Source: Isurus oxyrinchus (Eukaryota). From it: a stretch of DNA of 64,000 nt. Below, in pieces: positions 1 to 12,750 of the stretch; position 1 is the first letter of the stretch, and the number at the start of each line of letters is the position of its first letter. The notes beneath the pieces are model-generated. The model was not told the DNA's origin. It did not search any database and saw only the letters and a list, made by a program, of their open reading frames with translations. The stretch is from assembly GCA_026770705.1 (NCBI GenBank), contig JANJGN010000056.1:2108001-2172000 (forward strand), read 5' to 3'. Both the position numbers and the translations under genes were made by a program.

Positions 1-240
1 TGTTCATAGCTACAGAAGTATATTCTTACAAATAATATTGCTTTTTATCTATCTATATATCTATCAATCTATGTATATATCTTGCTCTTTCACACACTCA
101 CTCTCTTTCTAGCACACATTGTCTTGTTCTCTCTCTCTCGCATGTTATCTCTCTCTTCCTACCACTCTTTCCACATGTCAATCTCTGTCCACTTATCTCT
201 CTGTCTATCTGGCTATCAGTTTGTCTATTGAACTATCTTG
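1..240. repeat. TC/TCTA-rich low-complexity simple repeat
   Basis: Runs of tctatc, ctctct and tatata visible directly. Confidence 0.6.
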
Positions 241-627
241 ATGATTGATTCCCCCGGCGCTTCGACAGGTGTGCACTCAAAACAAATCAAGGTGATATCA
301 TTTGTGAAGTTATACCAAGTCTAAACTGGACAATCGATTACCATGTTTTGTTTACAACGTCCGTTCAGGCGGGATAAATTAACTTTGCCCGCCTTTCCTT
401 GTCTTTAACACACTTGAACCTGTTCTCCACAAATGTAGAAATCACTGAATGAATTTTCAATTTGGGGTTGCCAAAGGTTTTTTTTATGTTCACAATTATA
501 TTTTAAAATACATATTTTCATGAGGTGGGGTTGTGTATAAATGGGCCAGAAGATACTGCTCTTTCCAAGTTGCCTTTGAGAAGGTTGTCAGTGGCCGTTC
601 CTTGTAATCCAGCTCCTTCAGGCTCAT

Positions 628-1125
628 GGAGAATTCAGATGACTGAGAAGCCCAATTCTGGACCTATATGTTCATCCGCCGTAGGGCTCGCTTTTGGCCC
701 ATTTTGGGTTTCTTCTGCTTCCTGTGCCTCTGCCCTTCCAATTCTCTGTCGAGTCGCTGAGCTGCAAACTGGTTTTAGCCTTGCTGGACCAGATGGTGCC
801 AGGCCGAGAGATCGGCAGCATTCTCAACCTGCTCACTGGTGTTAATGCCTCCGTGCTTTACGGCGACATTGAGCGTGCACTGCTAACTTTATATTTGTTC
901 GCCCTTTGGTCAAGGACTGCTCAGTGGCAGATGCAGCTGCTGGTAGTTACCCCTTTCCCGAAACATGTGTCCGGCGACCGCCATACATCTGCCGCGTTTA
1001 TACAGAATTTTAGCTGGTATCAAAGGTATCCAGATATCACAGCCTTGCACCTGTCGATAATCCTCCATCCGCACAGTGCCTGTCGCCTGAAGGAGGCCTG
1101 TGCACCGTGTAGTTTAGCATCAGGA
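628..1125 (-). mobile_element. Degenerate RTE-clade LINE, ORF C-terminal fragment
   Basis: Reverse complement of ~631-665 reads RSRIGLLSHL (RTE C-terminal CxSRIGLxSHxR motif). An AGH-like motif (WxGHVxRM position) lies near 960-980. Confidence 0.6.
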
Positions 1126-1129
1126 TTCC

Positions 1130-2010
1130 AGTGTGCTGGGCGGACGGTTCATATGGTGCAGGTGAGCCACAGGGCTGTTAGCAAGGGAGCATTATGACCC
1201 CATTCACTGTGACGAAGCTTCCAATCTCTGGGTTTCGCTTTTAGATTTGAGACAATCTGTCATGCAGCTTCCCGTGTTAACCTATTGAGTCCTGTGGAAT
1301 GTTGGCATTCTCCACATGAGTCCAATGGTGTTGCAGATAAAAAAACACAATAAAAAAAAACACCGTTTGATAGGCTTTGATCTTCCATCTGAGGGAAGCT
1401 CCACGTTTTTCTTCCAGAAGTCAGTGAGTGCAGCCTGCCCAATGCCGAACTCATTTATGTCAGGTCATTTTTTATTTGCTCATTGTTAGTTCTCTTGGAG
1501 AGCATGCTGCCGAGTTAGCAAACTTCCTCACAGAACAGAGGGGTGTTTTGTTCACAGCAGCTGTGGCTTCTTGGATCAAGTGACCAGCGGTGATTTGATA
1601 CAGCTTCTCTATCTGCAGATATACTGTTAATCGAAAGTGTTCTGAGTCAGCACGCAGCTGGATGTCTCCGTATTCTGCCCTATGAAAGCACAGTGGTCCA
1701 CGAATAAGACTTCACTCAGTCGCTGTTCAGTCACCTATGTACAAGGTTTTGCTCTTGGCTCTTTGCAAACGTTGGCGTTTGTCCTGAAATGAAAATGCAA
1801 ACCCATGTCAAGCTCTTCGAGTGCATAGTGGAGAATGGCTTCCAAGTATATGACAAACAGAGCTGAAGCCATGAACAGCGTCTTACTTAGCGCTGCAGGT
1901 CACTTGAAAGGGGTCCACACTGACGAACCACTTTGCATCACTCTGTTTATCAGGTCATCATCAAAAGCACAAATGACACAGATCCTCTTTTTCAACTTTT
2001 CAGGGAGGCC
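1130..2010 (-). mobile_element. Degenerate RTE-clade LINE, RT fragment
   Basis: Minus strand around 1830-1980 gives DDDLINRV...DPFKVT...ALFVIYLEAIL (RTE LHDDM...GVKQGCVIAPTLF region). The paralog at 30815-31895 retains HVVHMENADIPKAAL (GHVxRMxxxRIPK). Confidence 0.6.
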
Positions 2011-2014
2011 TCAT

Positions 2015-2250
2015 ATTCAAGATTGATTTGGATAGCTTATTGACGAATAATCGATATTGGGGTCATGAGGATGTATGTGTGTGTTTTCAGGGTGCAATGG
2101 AGGGGTAGGGTGTGTGACACCGGTTGGAGGAGTGCAGGCAGGAAAATGGAGCTGAGGCCACGATCAGGTAAAACCATTTTCTTTCAGAGCTGCAGCACAG
2201 ACTCAAGAGGGCGAATGCCCTACTCCTGCCCTTAATTCTTGTGATGTTGG
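2015..2250 (+). mobile_element. CR1-type LINE 3' end fragment
   Basis: gcaggcaggaaaatggagctgaggccacgatcag...gagggcgaatgccctactcctgccc resembles the elasmobranch CR1/HER1 3' UTR. Confidence 0.6.
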
Positions 2251-2299
2251 CCATGTATGAAATGCAGCATGAACCAACAGCTGGAGGCGACGACAATTC

Positions 2300-2830
2300 G
2301 GGTTCATTATAATGAGTGACTCAATAGGACAATGACATTCGGCAGAAGACATTTGAGGGCCAAGGGTTCAATGTTCAACGTGGAATATTCTCCCAGCATT
2401 GTACTCTAGTTATCATACAATTTTATAGAAAAAATCGTTTTTCAATCAGCCCAAACATCTCTCTGGATGGAGTATGTGAGTGGGTGCTGTAGGATGATTG
2501 GCTGCTGCAGGAATGGATATTGAGCGTTTATGGGACCGGAATCATCTTGAACACTTTATTTTGAAGTATTCTGGTTGAGAAAAGAAACTCCTTCTCCATA
2601 CAGCTTGTGTTACACATCACGTAATTAACCAAGACAAACCCTCCACGTCCTCTGCGTGTATTTATTACTTCCAGGTGGAAGGGCGCAAATTTCAATGCAA
2701 CGCCATGGATTGTAGGCCTAGTAACCAATGGAGTTGTCAGTGCCAGCGTAATCCATGGAACGATCAGTGCAGCATATGTCTTCCATCTGGGAGCTTGAAA
2801 GTCAATGACAAGGATCACACAGTGCCTTGT
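2300..2830 (-). mobile_element. Very degenerate LINE endonuclease fragment
   Basis: ORF 2528..2818(-) contains TRRGRGGFVLV, resembling the APE motif RxDRxxxRGGGV; weak evidence. Confidence 0.35.
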
Positions 2831-3049
2831 TGGAACATAGAATGAGACCAGAAACTCAAAACAATGGGGAACATCTGAAATTTCCCCATTTGGTCTGGAC
2901 GATCAGGAACATTGAGTTGCTAAGCTTCATTTTGATGTAAATTAGTGATGATTTTCCCCGCAACAGCGACTTGTGGTTTAATCTTTTCCTGCCCTGACCA
3001 CCTCCGATAATATTTACCCGTTCATCAAAACGTGCAGCCCCTTCCACTG

Positions 3050-3215
3050 GTTTGACCACAGACATCAGTCCAATATTGGACGTTTCACTTTGAAGTGGTT
3101 GCTTTCACAAGGAGAGAGACTGACGTAACCTGTTTGTTCAATGACTGAAGTTGATTTATTTCTTCAGGGAACATGAATGAGCTAATGGGGATTTAACTGT
3201 TGTATAAATAAGAGG
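3050..3215 (+). promoter_or_regulatory. Putative core promoter of GPCR copy A (TATA box TATAAATA at 3203-3210)
   Basis: Non-repetitive block that looks more conserved between copies than its flanks, with an identical TATAAATAAGAG in copy B (33101). Lies ~720 nt upstream of the acceptor-preceded first coding exon. Confidence 0.5.
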
Positions 3216-3234
3216 TTCTCTGAACGGATCATTT

Positions 3235-3358
3235 CATGTTCTCCGAAAGAATCACTGTTTCTGCTTCAATTAGCGCTTCTCACAGTAAATAGCCTTTGTT
3301 GCAATTTGTCAGATACGGGGCATTTACAAACCAATTGTCGAAGTTCTCGTTGTCTAAT
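3235..3358 (+). other. Putative non-coding first exon of GPCR copy A
   Basis: Starts ~25-30 nt after the TATA box and ends at a donor-like AAT|GTACGT (3359; GTATGT at 33257 in copy B). The first coding exon has a pyrimidine tract plus CAG acceptor at 3924, implying an upstream UTR exon. Confidence 0.4.
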
Positions 3359-3404
3359 GTACGTTTATTTTCACAAACTCAGGCTAACAATAGGAATTTC
3401 TCTT

Positions 3405-3690
3405 ATTCTATCCATTCATTGAATGTGAGCGAAGCTGGCGAGGCCAGCATTTATTGTCCATCCCTATTTGTCCTTGAAAAGATGGTAGTGAGATGCTTTT
3501 TTGAGCTGCTGTAGTGTGTGTTATAAGGGGGAGCTCCAGTACTTTGACACAGAGGCAGTGAAGGAACGGTGATATATTTCCAAATCCGTCGGTGAGGAGT
3601 TTGGAGAGGAGCTACTGGTGGTGGCTTTCTCATGTCTATGTTACCTTTGTCTTTCTAGGTGGAAGCGGACGTGGGTTTGGATGTTTATGT
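3405..3690 (-). mobile_element. CR1/L2-group LINE ('family A' here), 3' end
   Basis: ggccagcatttattgtccatccctatttgtccttg is the reverse complement of the family tail (caagggcaattagggatgggcaataaatgctggcc), also seen at 61075-61115. Confidence 0.75.
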
Positions 3691-3948
3691 ACAGGGCTTC
3701 ATGTCTGTAAAATGTAGCAGGTTTTCTCTCTTCCCTGTTACGAATGCTTTGGTGAGAGTTTTCCCCTTATATTCTGGGGTTAATTAATGTGGTATCTCCT
3801 TCCGAGTCTCGACAGTGATTTTACTTTGTTTATTTTAAGTTTCTGATATTAATTCAAAGGAGAAGGGTATGTTTGTAAGTTCCAGCTCACATCGTTCCAT
3901 TCCATCCTTCTTTACCCATCTCAGGAGGAAAGACAGCTTCTCATAAAG

Positions 3949-4018
3949 ATGGGAGAACTGATACTTCTCCAGATAGAAGCCATTTACTACCCGATTCTCG
4001 CAGCTGTTGGTGTACCTG
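3949..4018 (+). CDS. GPR139/GPR142-like class A GPCR, copy A, coding exon 1 (MGELILLQIEAIYYPILAAVGVP)
   Basis: Acceptor ccatctcag at 3924, ATG at 3949, TM1-start motif IYYPILAAVGVP and donor CTG|GTAAGA at 4019. Its 70 nt (phase 1) join exon 2 at 12956 in frame. Not in the ORF track. Confidence 0.9.
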
Positions 4019-4534
4019 GTAAGAGCCTAAACACAATCAGTGGACGTATAAATGAATATTGACTTTCTTCTCAAATGGTGTTGCTGGTAACGTGAAACTG
4101 TTCCTTTTCTGTTGGAGAGTTATCAAAGTTTAGGTGTCACGTTAACTGATGTCTTACTGTTGCTTCATCTTTCATGCATCATTCTAGAGTGTTGACACCG
4201 TATTTATTCTTTGGGGAATTTCTTGAATTTGGGTGCGCTCTGCAATAATTGTCATGACCAAGTGCAGACCGTCTTTAAACTTGGAGATAAGACGTGTCTA
4301 TGAAAATCAATGCAAGGGCAAATTCGCATTCTCCAGAATTCAGCTTGAACTATTTGAAAGTGTTTGCTCACGGTTTTCCCCTGTTTTCCAATATCGCAAG
4401 CAACAGGATCCCTGTCAAATCACGTACTTTTTAACAGCGATATTTTTACAAATCAGTGTGAAGTTACGAAATCTGGAAACTTGGCTGAATCACAATGCTG
4501 TGTGTGATTAAGACATTCCGAAGTCTTACTCACT

Positions 4535-4938
4535 TGTATATTGATACAAATGATTTTCAACAGCCTTTGTTCACGACCACGTTGATGGAATTACTTAAAG
4601 TAAGCGTGATTTGTGCTCTTTAAGCTTCCATAGACATAATGTTAACAATGACCGGATTGTATTATTTTGTGGATTTTAGCTGAGGTATAAATTTCGTTCA
4701 GGACACAGGGGGCTACAACAATGTTGCTCCTGGAAAAAGTGGAATTGAATCTTTTTACATTTTCCTCGTGAATCAATTTGACATCTTTTCTTAAAGGTTC
4801 TGCTTGTGGAAGTGCAGAATTAATTTACTAAGACATTGGAACATTAGCCGAGAACTTTGTTCTGAAGTCCTGGCGCCGGAAGCAAATCGTTAAACATCTA
4901 TCTCAGCACGGAGATTTCAACTGACTGAGCCATAAGTG
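4535..4938 (-). mobile_element. Degenerate tRNA-derived DeuSINE (SacSINE1-like)
   Basis: gaggtataaatttcgttcaggacacagggg...atctttttacatt...actgactgagccata matches the reverse of the Deu domain plus tRNA-head layout. Confidence 0.6.
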
Positions 4939-5159
4939 GCCCGATTTTGAAACACCTACGCACCCCAAGTAGTAATTTGGTTCTGCATATTCTGCTCCAT
5001 TCAATTTCTCGCCCTCCACTACCTGCTGATGTAAATCAAACTTGCAAGTACAATTGATTTGTATTGAGGATTGAAATTAGTTGGATTAAAGCATTTTCGG
5101 ACTCCCCTGTCTCTTTTTGAATCTCGCATTGCTAAGTGACATGCAGGTTCTGACAAAAG

Positions 5160-5665
5160 AGCATAGAGGCAGAGGCAGTGGGAGCACAAGTTAACAATTT
5201 GGCCACTTGAGCTTGTTCAACTACTCAATTATATCATGGCTGTAAACATGCATTCAATTCATTTCCTTGCACTATCGCATATCTCTGGACGCACTTAACA
5301 TTTAGAAAATGGTTCATCGCTCTGCCTTCAACATTCCCAATGACTGAGCCTCTGCCGCTGTTGGGAGAGATAATTTCAAACATTCGCTGCTCTCTGAGTG
5401 AAGAAATTCCCCCTCATATCGGCCCTAAATGCACACCTGTTATTCTGATACTGATTCTCATGATATTAGACACATCAGCCAGGGGCACATCCCTCCAACA
5501 TCTATAACATCGAACCCTGTAAGAACGGTCTATGATTCAGTGAGATCATTTCTCATTTGGCAAAGCTCCAGAAAGTATAGGTTCAGTCTCGTCAATGTCA
5601 CCACATTGGAATATCCCAGCTAACTCCCAGTAATTCAAGGACTTATCTGGTTAACAATCATTGTA
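5160..5665 (-). mobile_element. CR1-type LINE 3' fragment
   Basis: ggagcacaagttaacaatttggccacttgagcttg...ctctgagtgaagaaattcc is typical reverse-strand CR1 3' sequence. Confidence 0.65.
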
Positions 5666-5689
5666 GCACAGCTATAACAACAGCGCAAA

Positions 5690-6200
5690 ATCTCACGCCA
5701 AAAGGAGAATTTGGAATGCCTGTCCTGCACCACAACCATCACCATAATAATGCCACATGAAAATTGAGGAGTTGGAGATAGATTGGGTTTGGAATTGCAA
5801 ATTATGGTTGTGCACATCCCTGGTCTAGCATATGGCACAAATTGCCTAATGAATGCCCACTTTTATGTTGCTGATCAGATTGAAAACTACCCCATATCGC
5901 ACAAAGGTGGTGTCACATTATACGATGGAGGAACTTTCCAATGTGAAGGCCGACTACGTCTGCACAAGGAGCATGCGGTGGCCTATCCTATCATTCCTGT
6001 AATGGGCAGGTGCATATGTTGCTTGACGTTTGGTGAGGCGTGTTCATTTCGGTCTTTGCACCTTGTTGGTTCCCTGATCACCTTCCAAAGACCCAATCCA
6101 GCGGTTATATATCTGACTCGGCCTGATCGGCCGTTAGTGGTGCTACCGAACCTGTCTTGGTCATAGACGATGACAGCACCTGCATACAATAGTTTTTGTT
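5690..6200 (-). mobile_element. Family A LINE, endonuclease fragment
   Basis: ORF 5983..6216(-) contains FGSTTNGRSGRV...GLWKVIREPTR (APE domain QxVxxPTR motif). Confidence 0.7.
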
Positions 6201-6240
6201 TCTTGCCACTCACCAAAACTTCGTTTTATGCCCCACAAGA

Positions 6241-6537
6241 GTGCATAGGTTAAGCGTGAGGTGCAGGTAATTTAGGAGGGATCGGAGGAAAAACCTTTTT
6301 CCCCTGAGTTTGTTGAATGTCTCTAATGCGCTGCCTGGCAGGGTGGTAGAGACAGATTGCCACACATCCTTTAAAAAGTAACTGGATGAGCACTTGGCAC
6401 ATCAATACCTTCAAAGCTATGTGTCAATTTCTGGTAAATGTAATTAAGTAGTCAGGACAGGTGTTTTGCACATGCCAGTGCAGACTCGAAGGGCTGAAGT
6501 GCCTCTTGTGCACTGTGATTCTGTGATTCTATGATTC
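6241..6537 (+). mobile_element. CR1/HER1-type LINE 3' end
   Basis: Ends gaagggctgaagtgcctcttgtgcactgtgattctgtgattctatgattc, i.e. the CR1 (GATTCTRT)n terminal octamer. Confidence 0.85.
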
Positions 6538-6867
6538 GTCCATGGATGCTCATTCATTCATCATCTGAGGGGAACGGGAGGTGGTCAACATAAGGGAATA
6601 TTCAGTGCCCGTGTTTTACATAACGCCATGAGGTTGAATATAAGTTTCCCGTGCTCTTAGTGCTCTGAAAAATGGTGCTCACTGAACGGAGAGGCGTGGC
6701 CAAATGATATTTAGGAAAGCAACAATGGAATTGGGAGAAGCCTAAATTCCCGTTTTCGATGAAGTTATTTTCCTCAGGTGTTGGCTGATGGTTTAGATGA
6801 ACTTTAAAACCAGTAAGAATAGCTATTCGCTAGAGATAAACAGCTTGAATCATTAAAGCTAAGCATT

Positions 6868-8420
6868 AGTTGTCAAACAAGCAGCCTGATTTGCCGTGGA
6901 TTAGTTCAATATTGTTGAATATTATTGAAGCAGAACTCATCCAGAAAACTGTTGTTTATTCCAGTAGTTTCCTGAATTGTGCATTATAGATGGAGTGAAG
7001 GTTTTGCAGAGTCAGGCGGGTATGTCCTCGCCACGGAATTCCCAGTCCTGACCTGCGCTTCTAGTCACAGTTTCTAGTCAATGGTTTTTCCGTGGATCTT
7101 CAAAATGGAGAATTAAACGATGGTGATACCATTAAATATCTGTGAGAAATTGTTGGACACTTTTTTTTCGTAGGTGGTCATTTCCTGTCGGTTGTGTGTC
7201 TAATATGACTTGTCAGTTTTCAGCAGAATCCTCGATATTGCCCAGGTCTTGGTGGACACGGGCAAGATTTCTTCAGCATCTGTTGAGTCGCGAATGGTTT
7301 TGAAATTTAAACAATCATCAGCGGACACTCCTGCCACTCACTCTGCTACCATAAGACTTCCTCTGGGCATATGTTGCAAAGAAGTTAATTGATGAAGCAG
7401 ATTAAGGTGGTTTGACTCAGGACACTGCCCATAGGATCTCGTGCAGTGCTTTCATCGGGATGAGATGATTCACCTGAGAAACAAAACAAAAAAAGTCTTC
7501 TTTGTGATAGGTATGACAGCAATCAATGGAGATGCTTCCCCATTATGTTTATTGACCTGAATCCTGATATATCTCCTTCTTACCACAGAATGTCAAATGT
7601 TGTCTTGATGTAAATAACATCCGCTCTCCACTCCCCTCGTGAATTCAGCACTTTTGACCATGTTTGGTTTAAGGCCGAACCGAGAGTTGGAGCTCATACG
7701 AAGCAGAAAATGGTCGTCAGTGAGCATGTTGCTCGCTAGTACGTGGCGTTTGAAAGCAATGCCCGTGACCGATTCCATCAATATGTTCATGATGAAGAAT
7801 AGGGGATAAGGGGGTAATTATTGGTCCGATTTGACGAGTTTTGTTTTTGTGGATAGACCCAGCTGTGTGACTGCTTACATTTTCGCTTAGATGCCAGTGT
7901 TTTAGCTGTCCTATACCAGGTTATCTAGGAAGATTTATTCGGGAGCACTGATCACCCGGACGATTGCCGGTATCTGACAGGACCCATAGTCTCTGCATCA
8001 TCCCGTTCCTTCAGTCATTCCTTTAGATGAAGGGCAGTGAATCACATTAGCTCAAAATTGGCATCTGTGACGCTCTCATCCTCAGAAGGGGGACGGGATG
8101 ATTCACCCTCCCTTCATGTCAGTCTGAATATGGCAGCAAGTTCTTGAGCCATGTGTATGCACTGATGTGCTGCGCCCCACAATCATTGTCGATGTGGATG
8201 TTGCTGGGGTGTCCACCACCCTTGATTCGCTGCTCTGTCCAACATCATTCAAGATGGCATGAGCAGAGCTTCAGAGCTAAGTTAACGTTATTTGCTGGTT
8301 GGATCAATTAACCCTGTCAATCACATTCTGCATCCACTGCTCTGCATGCAAGTCGTCCTGTCTCACAATTCACCAGGTCAAAGCCCCGTTGTTAGGTATG
8401 ATTGCAGCAACTCCTGATAT
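6868..8420 (-). mobile_element. Family A LINE, RT region (intronic, antisense)
   Basis: Reverse-complement similarity to the RT region at 62650-63760 and 15450-16050. The paralog ORF 36632..36985(-) reads LPSIYNAQFRNVVE...IQGKAGCLIG. Confidence 0.75.
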
Positions 8421-8700
8421 ATGACAGGTGTCGGCAAAAGTAATCCTTTCGAGCACTTCACTTCGAAAGCCTGGAAGGATACGAGCAGAAGCGGCATGGG
8501 AACACTCTTATTGCAGAATCGTTTCCAAGTCACACCCCATACTGACTCCGAGACACATCAGCATTCCCTGAATGCCACTGGATCAAACACCTGTAAATCC
8601 ATCACTCGTAACACTGTGTGTGCAACCGCATCACATGGACAGCAAGAAGAATAATATCTGCTCTCGGAAAAATGCTGATCCTACCAATGATTCCCCAAAA
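8421..8700 (+). mobile_element. Family A LINE 3' end (sense), abutting the antisense RT piece
   Basis: gcctggaaggatacgagcagaagcggcatgggaacac...ccaagtcacaccccatactgact...aaatgctgatcctaccaatgattcccc parallels 16150-16450. Confidence 0.65.
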
Positions 8701-11539
8701 AGAAAGTGCTGCATAATGCCGGATCTATGAATGTGTTTGTCACTTGATACGAAAGGACGTTCCTGTATGTTTACTTTGTAGCACTAAACTAAGACAGACT
8801 GCAACATGCATGTTTTAATTCAAATCCTTTCGCAGTAGTCTGGTTCCCAACTGAGGATGTATATCTTCAATTCGTTCCTGAATACCTAAATCTGTAGCCG
8901 AAACGATGGGCTGGACATTTCTCCTCAAATTGCAGCTCAAACCTACACACTCACACTCCCCATCACCCCTCGCACCCACCCCGCTTACCACCCCCACTCC
9001 CCAGCATCACCCACCCCCATCGAAAATGTTGAATCGGCACAAATATCAGATACCTGCATCGAGTATAATGGTGTCGTGTACTTAGTTCTCCCCAATTGCA
9101 GATGGAGAATGGGTGGGTCAACCATTCTCAAGTTACTTATTAACAGGTTATTGAGCTTGTCAGCGAACCAATCGTATGTTGTCCTGTTTGGTGCATTGCA
9201 TTTGCTGTGGCTCGGATGAGAAAAATAAGTGTTTTTGTGCAGCTATTGTGAGACGGGCAAAGATCGGTGGGGAACTCCTGCCTCCAGGAGCATGATCGAA
9301 TGTAGCAGCAGATTGTGCTGGAGAAGATGGCTGCATCTTCAAGCTTTATTTCTCACTTTTTCGTTTCTTGCCTGAGCATTGAATGAAAAGTATTTTTCAA
9401 AAAAATGTCTGAGTATAGGTTGTTTTGAGCTTGTAGCCATAGCAACTCTCTGTTCGCAGCATTACACTCTGCTGCATGAGGTCCAGGCGTTCACTGCCGA
9501 TTGGATGCGGACACCATTTTGCATCTTTCATTGCCTCTTCCCCGGAATTGGATGGATTGACGAGGTGGAGGCCGCCTAAGGGAGGATGAGTGGGACAAGA
9601 GGGAGTAGGCCACTCATTTTGCATTTACCCAATATCACAATGCCGAAAAACGTGAAATCCAGTCTGATGCCTGCTTGATGTAACGTTGCTTTATGAACGT
9701 AAATCACGTTCAGCGTTTTTAACCTGCACCGGGTGTCTTGGCCTGTCTTTCTACTGTTAGTGTTGCTACCGAGTCTGCAGCAATGTGTCATAACCAAAAA
9801 CACTGTTCAGTGGATCTCACTCTGTTTTGCTTTAGCCAGAGCATTCACAACGTCCCTAAAATGAATTTGAACTTTAGGATCTGCATTGCATACAAATGAT
9901 GCCACAGATAAATGTTAATTTGTGCTTACATTACGAAGCAAACAACGCTCTTGAAGTGACATAGACTTAGGAAAGTGGCAGAAACTAAATCGCTCTGTAG
10001 TTCATCAGACTGGGGTATTTACAGAAACCACTCCAAGAGGCATATAGGTCAATGTGCATTGAACCTGCTCTATGTTTCTTTTCACAAATAGCAAATCAAT
10101 AAGAGAAGCAGATTGCATTTTCAGATAGCAATTGTGCAGCCTATATAAATGTTCAATTCTCGAGTTATTTGATCAGGGGCTTATGTGGATAATATACTTG
10201 ATATCTGTACACTTAATTTCACAGATAAAATGATGTATAATGGTTTGGATAATTCACCGTTGAATTCGTTAGAAAATTCTGTGGTTCATTCCTGGGGCAT
10301 TTCAATGTTTAATGTAGAAGAAACTTCTAGAAACATGTGGATAATTTATTGGATATTAGTTTTGATAATTAATTTGTTCCAACATTTGCTGCTTCAGTAT
10401 ATAATTGTTAAAATTACTGTCTTTTTCCTATTTTTAACTGTTTCCTTATTTACAGTTCTGTCAAGTACAGGTTCAAGTGCTAATAATCTGGTTAACCATC
10501 TCTGTTTAATTCAAAAAAGCGAATTGATATTTATGACTCTGAGTGAAAATTCATGCCATTGTAAGGATATCAATACTAGATTTGTTCAGGGAATAATTTG
10601 TTTATGATAAATGAACATAAATCTAACTTACAAGCTGATACAGAAATGTAAAATTCTGTTTATCTTTATCTGACTAATACCACTTTCTTTTTCCAAAGCT
10701 CATGTAAAAAATTAATGAACATCCTCAGGAATTAATATGATCCAAAATGTTAATTCAACACCCCGTTTATAGACATTGCTCCATTGCATTGATGTTTTCC
10801 CAAATACAAGTTTGCGGAAGCTACACTTTCTGTCTGCTCCAGGTTGCAAAGCCTTCAAAGCACTTAGTACTTCATTGAACTCATCCCTTCCTTGTGAGAA
10901 TGTGCATTTTATATTCCTGAATTTGGGCATCCTGAGTCTAACCAGAGATTTCATACGAAAATCTATTCTGTACCCTTGCAAGAGCCATGAAATCCTATCC
11001 TACACCATAGGCATCCGAACCACAAACACAATTTAGGAAGCGAACAATTACTTACTTTGGATATTAATTATTAGAGTTATTTAACTTGCTTTGAAATGCA
11101 GATAATAAATAAATGAACATGTGCATGAACTTAGTAAATGTATGGCAGCAATAAATAGGTTCATTGAGATTCAGTGAGAAACTCCATTCTTCAAAAATTC
11201 TACGGAGTTTTATTAGTTAAACAACAGAAACGTTGATGCAGGCACTAGTATCTGAGGCTCACGTCAATTTCGCTTGATTTATAAAGCTTATTGGATTTAA
11301 TCAGTAATTAGTAGAAATCTTTCAGTTTAGTCTTCTGTATAGTAACAGATCGTTGATTTAGATAGCTAATTCACAAAAATGTTCTTGCATTTTGAAAAAT
11401 AAATATGCATTTTACCAAATATTGCTAAAATTGAAGGATGGTATGATCCGAAACAATCTAAAATGAAAATAGCTGCAACGTATGATAATTTAACCATGCA
11501 TATGTTAGGAGTTAGATCATTATCATCAATTTTTCGACA

Positions 11540-12750
11540 CTTCATTGTTTTGCTCTTCTAATCATATATTAGACCTAAAAAAATCTATCTACTCAAATCG
11601 ATGGGCCCGTCACGGTCCATGTCGACTTGGAACTTTTGCCCTTGGTGTCCTGCAAGTGTCAGTGTTCAGCTTCACATTTCAAATCATTTCTCACAGATAT
11701 TGTGAATGACATGCAAGTGACTCCCTTATGCCCTTTCGGAAAAAAAAGTGCTTTGATATACAGCTCATCAATCAATGGGAACGTACCCCTGTCTCCCCAG
11801 AATAGATAGTTGATTTTAAACACACTGGAATCCCATCTTCGAATTGCTTACTACACTTTAACAATGTGTCTTGTATCGCTGCGAGTCCTATTGTCCCTGT
11901 TTTTTGCGATATCCATTCACTGCAATTTAAACTAGTCCGTCCAGAAAGAAGCGTGGTCCTGCACAATTCCCACTCTGCCTTCCCGTTGGCCAATAAATAT
12001 TTCACACTTAATCTGATACCTATGTCACTGTTCCCATTCGGCCATTAAACTACCCGCTTGATCAGCACCAAATATACACAGTCGGCAAAGAAATATTGCT
12101 TCACTTTTTTTCTGCAATGAATTTGCGATGCATTCACCTGACCTAAACCTTCACAATGCCCAGCCTGCATATTAATCTTCCATTACTGAGTTTGCCTTAA
12201 AAAAAAACCTGACTCATCTGCCCTCATCTCCTACCACAACGTTTCAATGAGAATCTGCATAAAAATGTCACCATGTTTTGATTCTCATTGGACCGGATCT
12301 GTGAAGTTTCCTGGGTAAACCCTTGTTCGGCCTCGTCTATGCTAGTGTTTCTTTGTAGCCCAGTGACCATTCTAACATATCCTGTGCAGTTAATATTCCA
12401 TCTTTACACTCCCAAGCGTTTAGAGTATGCCAATGCTGCTGGGCAACAATTTACGTACGAGCTGTGAGTCCTGTGTCACAGCAACCATTTCAAATACTTA
12501 CCGCATCCATAAAGCACGCAGCGCACATTGCACGACTACCTCTTCCAGAGTCTAACTCTGCTTTCCCAAGATTCCATTTTGCGTCTTTATTTCCCAAATG
12601 ATATTGCACCTTCACACATTAGTTGTCTCTTTACACCTCCTACTTACTATCTAAAGTTCAACATGCCGAGCCGTTTTTGTACCTTCAAATTGTCCACATC
12701 ACATTCTCGCTCAAGAAGCTCAATCGTTATTGCACACTAGTTGCCCAGTT
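11540..12750 (-). mobile_element. Old CR1-type LINE fragment
   Basis: Reverse-strand CR1-like C-terminal and RT segments, e.g. atttcaaatcatttctcaca and ttttttctgcaatgaatttg...attcacctg; heavily decayed. Confidence 0.5.

Noticed and set aside
525-1197. 106-aa and 167-aa plus-strand ORFs
   Set aside because: Antisense to decayed RTE/LINE fragments, non-ATG starts, no recognisable domain.
10185-10607. Hydrophobic 140-aa ORF with paralog at 40095-40430
   Set aside because: AT-rich intron sequence; the paralog differs by many replacement changes and a different stop, with no coding-type conservation.
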